Assembly (NCBI GenBank): GCA_051294375.1
Contig: CM119264.1
Coordinates: 18,209,454 to 18,273,453 of the forward strand
DNA length: 64,000 nucleotides
Reading direction: 5' to 3'
Source of the DNA: Paraspadella gotoi
Taxonomy: Eukaryota > Animalia > Chaetognatha
Made by a program: the position numbers and the translations under genes. Positions 61,580 to 64,000 of the stretch are shown here, piece by piece (position 1 is the stretch's first letter; each line of letters opens with the position of its first letter). A model generated the notes under the pieces. The model did not search any database and was not told the origin of the DNA. It worked only from the letters and a program-made list of their open reading frames with translations.

Positions 61580-62730
61580 CATAAAACGATGACATATTGG
61601 GCGGATTTGCAGCCTTTTCCCTTTTCGGGGATGAAAAGATAATCTTGATTCACGTGGAGCGTAAAAGAGGAAAAATCATTAAAATGTTTTCTTCTCTTTT
61701 ATTTCATTTTTTAAAAATTTCCTTATTCCTTTTTTTTAAAGAAAAAAGTCAGACCATGATCTAAAAATGGAAAAAAGAAAAAAAGAAAGAAGAAAAACAA
61801 AGAAAAGGTTTTTAAGAAAGCAACGATTAACCGCACACATGCGCTAAATTCTCGCACGCTTTCACACACGCTCGCACTCACGCTCGCACGCGCCCTCACA
61901 CTCTGGAGAGATGGGCTATTTTCGGTGCTGGTCTTTCTTCTTTCACCGAATTCAACCAAGCGACAGTCTCTCGGTTCGTAAGTGAGAATCTCGTTTGTCG
62001 GTTGACGAGACGAAAGAAAAACAGTTCGGACGACGTTAACGCCGACCGTAAAAGCATCGTCGCAGAGAATCTTGTTTTTCTTTTGTTTCCATTTCTGAGC
62101 ATTCTTGTTTTTTTTTGGTGGCTTTTTTTCATAAGTTCCTTATGTTTTTTTTCAAAGTCCATATAAAAAAGGTATAAGCTTCGTATGCATAATGATTTAT
62201 GTTTTGGTATAGATTATAGAAGCATATCCTTCGACATTTTTTCACTACATTACACTACCCATCACTCTTAGGTAAATGCAACTTCTCATAACCGTGAGCT
62301 CAACTTGCTCCGTCAAACGGCGACTAAATAAATCTATCGTTAAACCACCCAAAACCACCCAAAACCACGCAAAACCAAGAGACCGACGCCAAAAATGGTG
62401 CCGTTTCTCTTTCACTTGGTCGGCTTCGTCGATCGCGCGGCGTCGAGAAATGGCGGGAAAATTCGAATTTCAAACAAAAGACAAATTCGACGTCGTTCAT
62501 TTTAACCGTGGCGGAAACGGGACAGAAAATACTGAAAGTCAAAGGAGATATTGACTTCTCTAGAGTCAAGTCCCAGTATCGAAAATAAATGAACGGATCC
62601 AACTTATGCAAATAGTTTTGTTTTGACAGTGAATCACAATTGATGTCGCTAAAAGGGCATTCGGTAAAGCGGGCGCCTTGGTCTTAAAAGCGAATTCAGC
62701 GAATTCATGGACGTTTAGTAGCACGTTCGA
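61580..62730 (-). CDS. Possible exons of an unidentified minus-strand gene convergent on the EF-hand gene
   Basis: Open GC-richer blocks, e.g. aag|ILCDDAFTVGVNVVRTVFLSSRQPTNEILTYEPRDCRLVEFGERRKTSTENSPSLQ|gtgtga (~62070-61900) and aag|YLFIPEKGKGCKSAQY (~61640). No family recognised. Confidence 0.3.
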
Positions 62731-64000
62731 TGGCGCGTGCGATGGGGCGTGCGATGGGGCGTGCGATGGCGCGTGAATAGTAGCGGCAATGAAGTCGACG
62801 TTATGGGTTTTTAAATGTTCTTTTCGAGATTTATCAACTATTTAATTGCCTTTTCCGCTTTGTTCTCTATATAAGTTAACATTAAAAGACAGAAAGCTGT
62901 TTCTGGCTGCAAAAATCTATAAGCAAACATTTAAAAAAAATAATAATAAATTCACTAAATTGACGCGTACCATAATGATAATATTAAAAAAAAAATCGAC
63001 GCGTGGGGATGCCTTATCGCTCTGACGCTTTTTTTTTTTTCGTTTTATTATTTCTTTTCCTTTTTTTAAATGTCTTTCAGCTTTTTCTCTTTTGTCTCTC
63101 GTCCGCTACACTGCGCCTTCTGTCTGAATTTGTCTTTCGGTAAACAAAAGCCTCACTTTAATTTCTCTCCGAGGACGACGCAGACGACGATAGAGACGAC
63201 GGTGATGGCGACGACGGCGAATACAAATTTTATTTTCTTCTTAACTCATTTTTCATCCTTTCTTTTATTTTCTGAAACGTCGATGCGTCGCTATAGCAAA
63301 CTTTTTTTCATGGTCGTTGGAAAAAAAAATTTATATAGCATATTTAGTTGGTGTCCAAAGATTAAAAATATTTATCATCGTTTTTAAATAAAACCTTTTT
63401 ACCAAAAAACAAAAGAGAAAGAATGAATAATAGAAAATCTGAGAATCCAGAAAATAAAGAAATAAAAAAAAATTAATAATAACATACAATTTTTTAAGCA
63501 TATTCTATGAATGTTTGAATCCCCAGAAATATAGCCTTTTGTAGTTTGGGCCATTGTTTCTAAATTACTCTGCTGCCTTTCTTTTTCGGCGATAATCTCT
63601 AATGAAAACACAAACAAAACAAATTCTCGTTCTTTTTTTTTGTTTTTTTTTTAACTGGACGGAATGTGGGGACAATGACAACCCTTCCGTATAATTTAAG
63701 TTTGTAGAGAAATTCGGAAATATTATTTCCCCATCTACATGATTACTTGAGGATAATTGTCAACGTTACTTCTATTTTTCAGTTACTTTTTCAAACTTTT
63801 CAAACGAAGCCAAACACTTTTGAGAGCCGGGAAGAGATCTCTCTCCAAATTTTTTTCTTCCTTTTGCGTCTGTTTTTACGCCAGTTTGTTGACTGTCAAT
63901 TTCGTTTGGAGGAGAAAAAAAAAAAGGGCGCGTTTTTGGACTCGAGACTCTGGAGAGGCTGAAAACCTCGAAGGGGGTTGGCGGCGAGAGTCTCGTGGCC

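Overview
Eukaryotic, almost certainly metazoan, draft-assembly window: AT-rich introns and intergenic DNA, GC-rich exons, very abundant (AG)n/(GAC)n/(AAT)n microsatellites, N-gaps and visible indel errors. Recognisable genes: (i) the 5' part of a DEG/ENaC/ASIC-family channel, whose HG-motif exon (2806-3019) joins in phase to its TM1/FPAVTICN exon (29724-29891) across a ~26.7 kb intron; (ii) a 3-exon type I L-asparaginase lacking the ankyrin tail (30217-31891, +); (iii) an intronless ZYG11/ZER1-family CRL2 substrate receptor (33182-36367, -); (iv) a ~22-exon multi-EF-hand, EFCAB6-like gene (51850-61120, +); plus weaker unidentified minus-strand genes. Mobile DNA: a decayed Tc1/mariner, a non-autonomous hAT with 8-bp TSD, and a small TG...CA element with 4-bp TSD. 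The most striking unannotated signal is a dispersed family of about eight minimal type-I hammerhead ribozyme motifs (CTGANGA-A-stem II-GAAA-CATG-TC) with co-varying stems. Two of them sit in TSD-flanked palindromes, consistent with Penelope-like element or retrozyme remnants. Also notable are the nested gene architecture and unusually frequent GC donors and AAG/GAG acceptors. All exon models were read by eye and need transcript confirmation.
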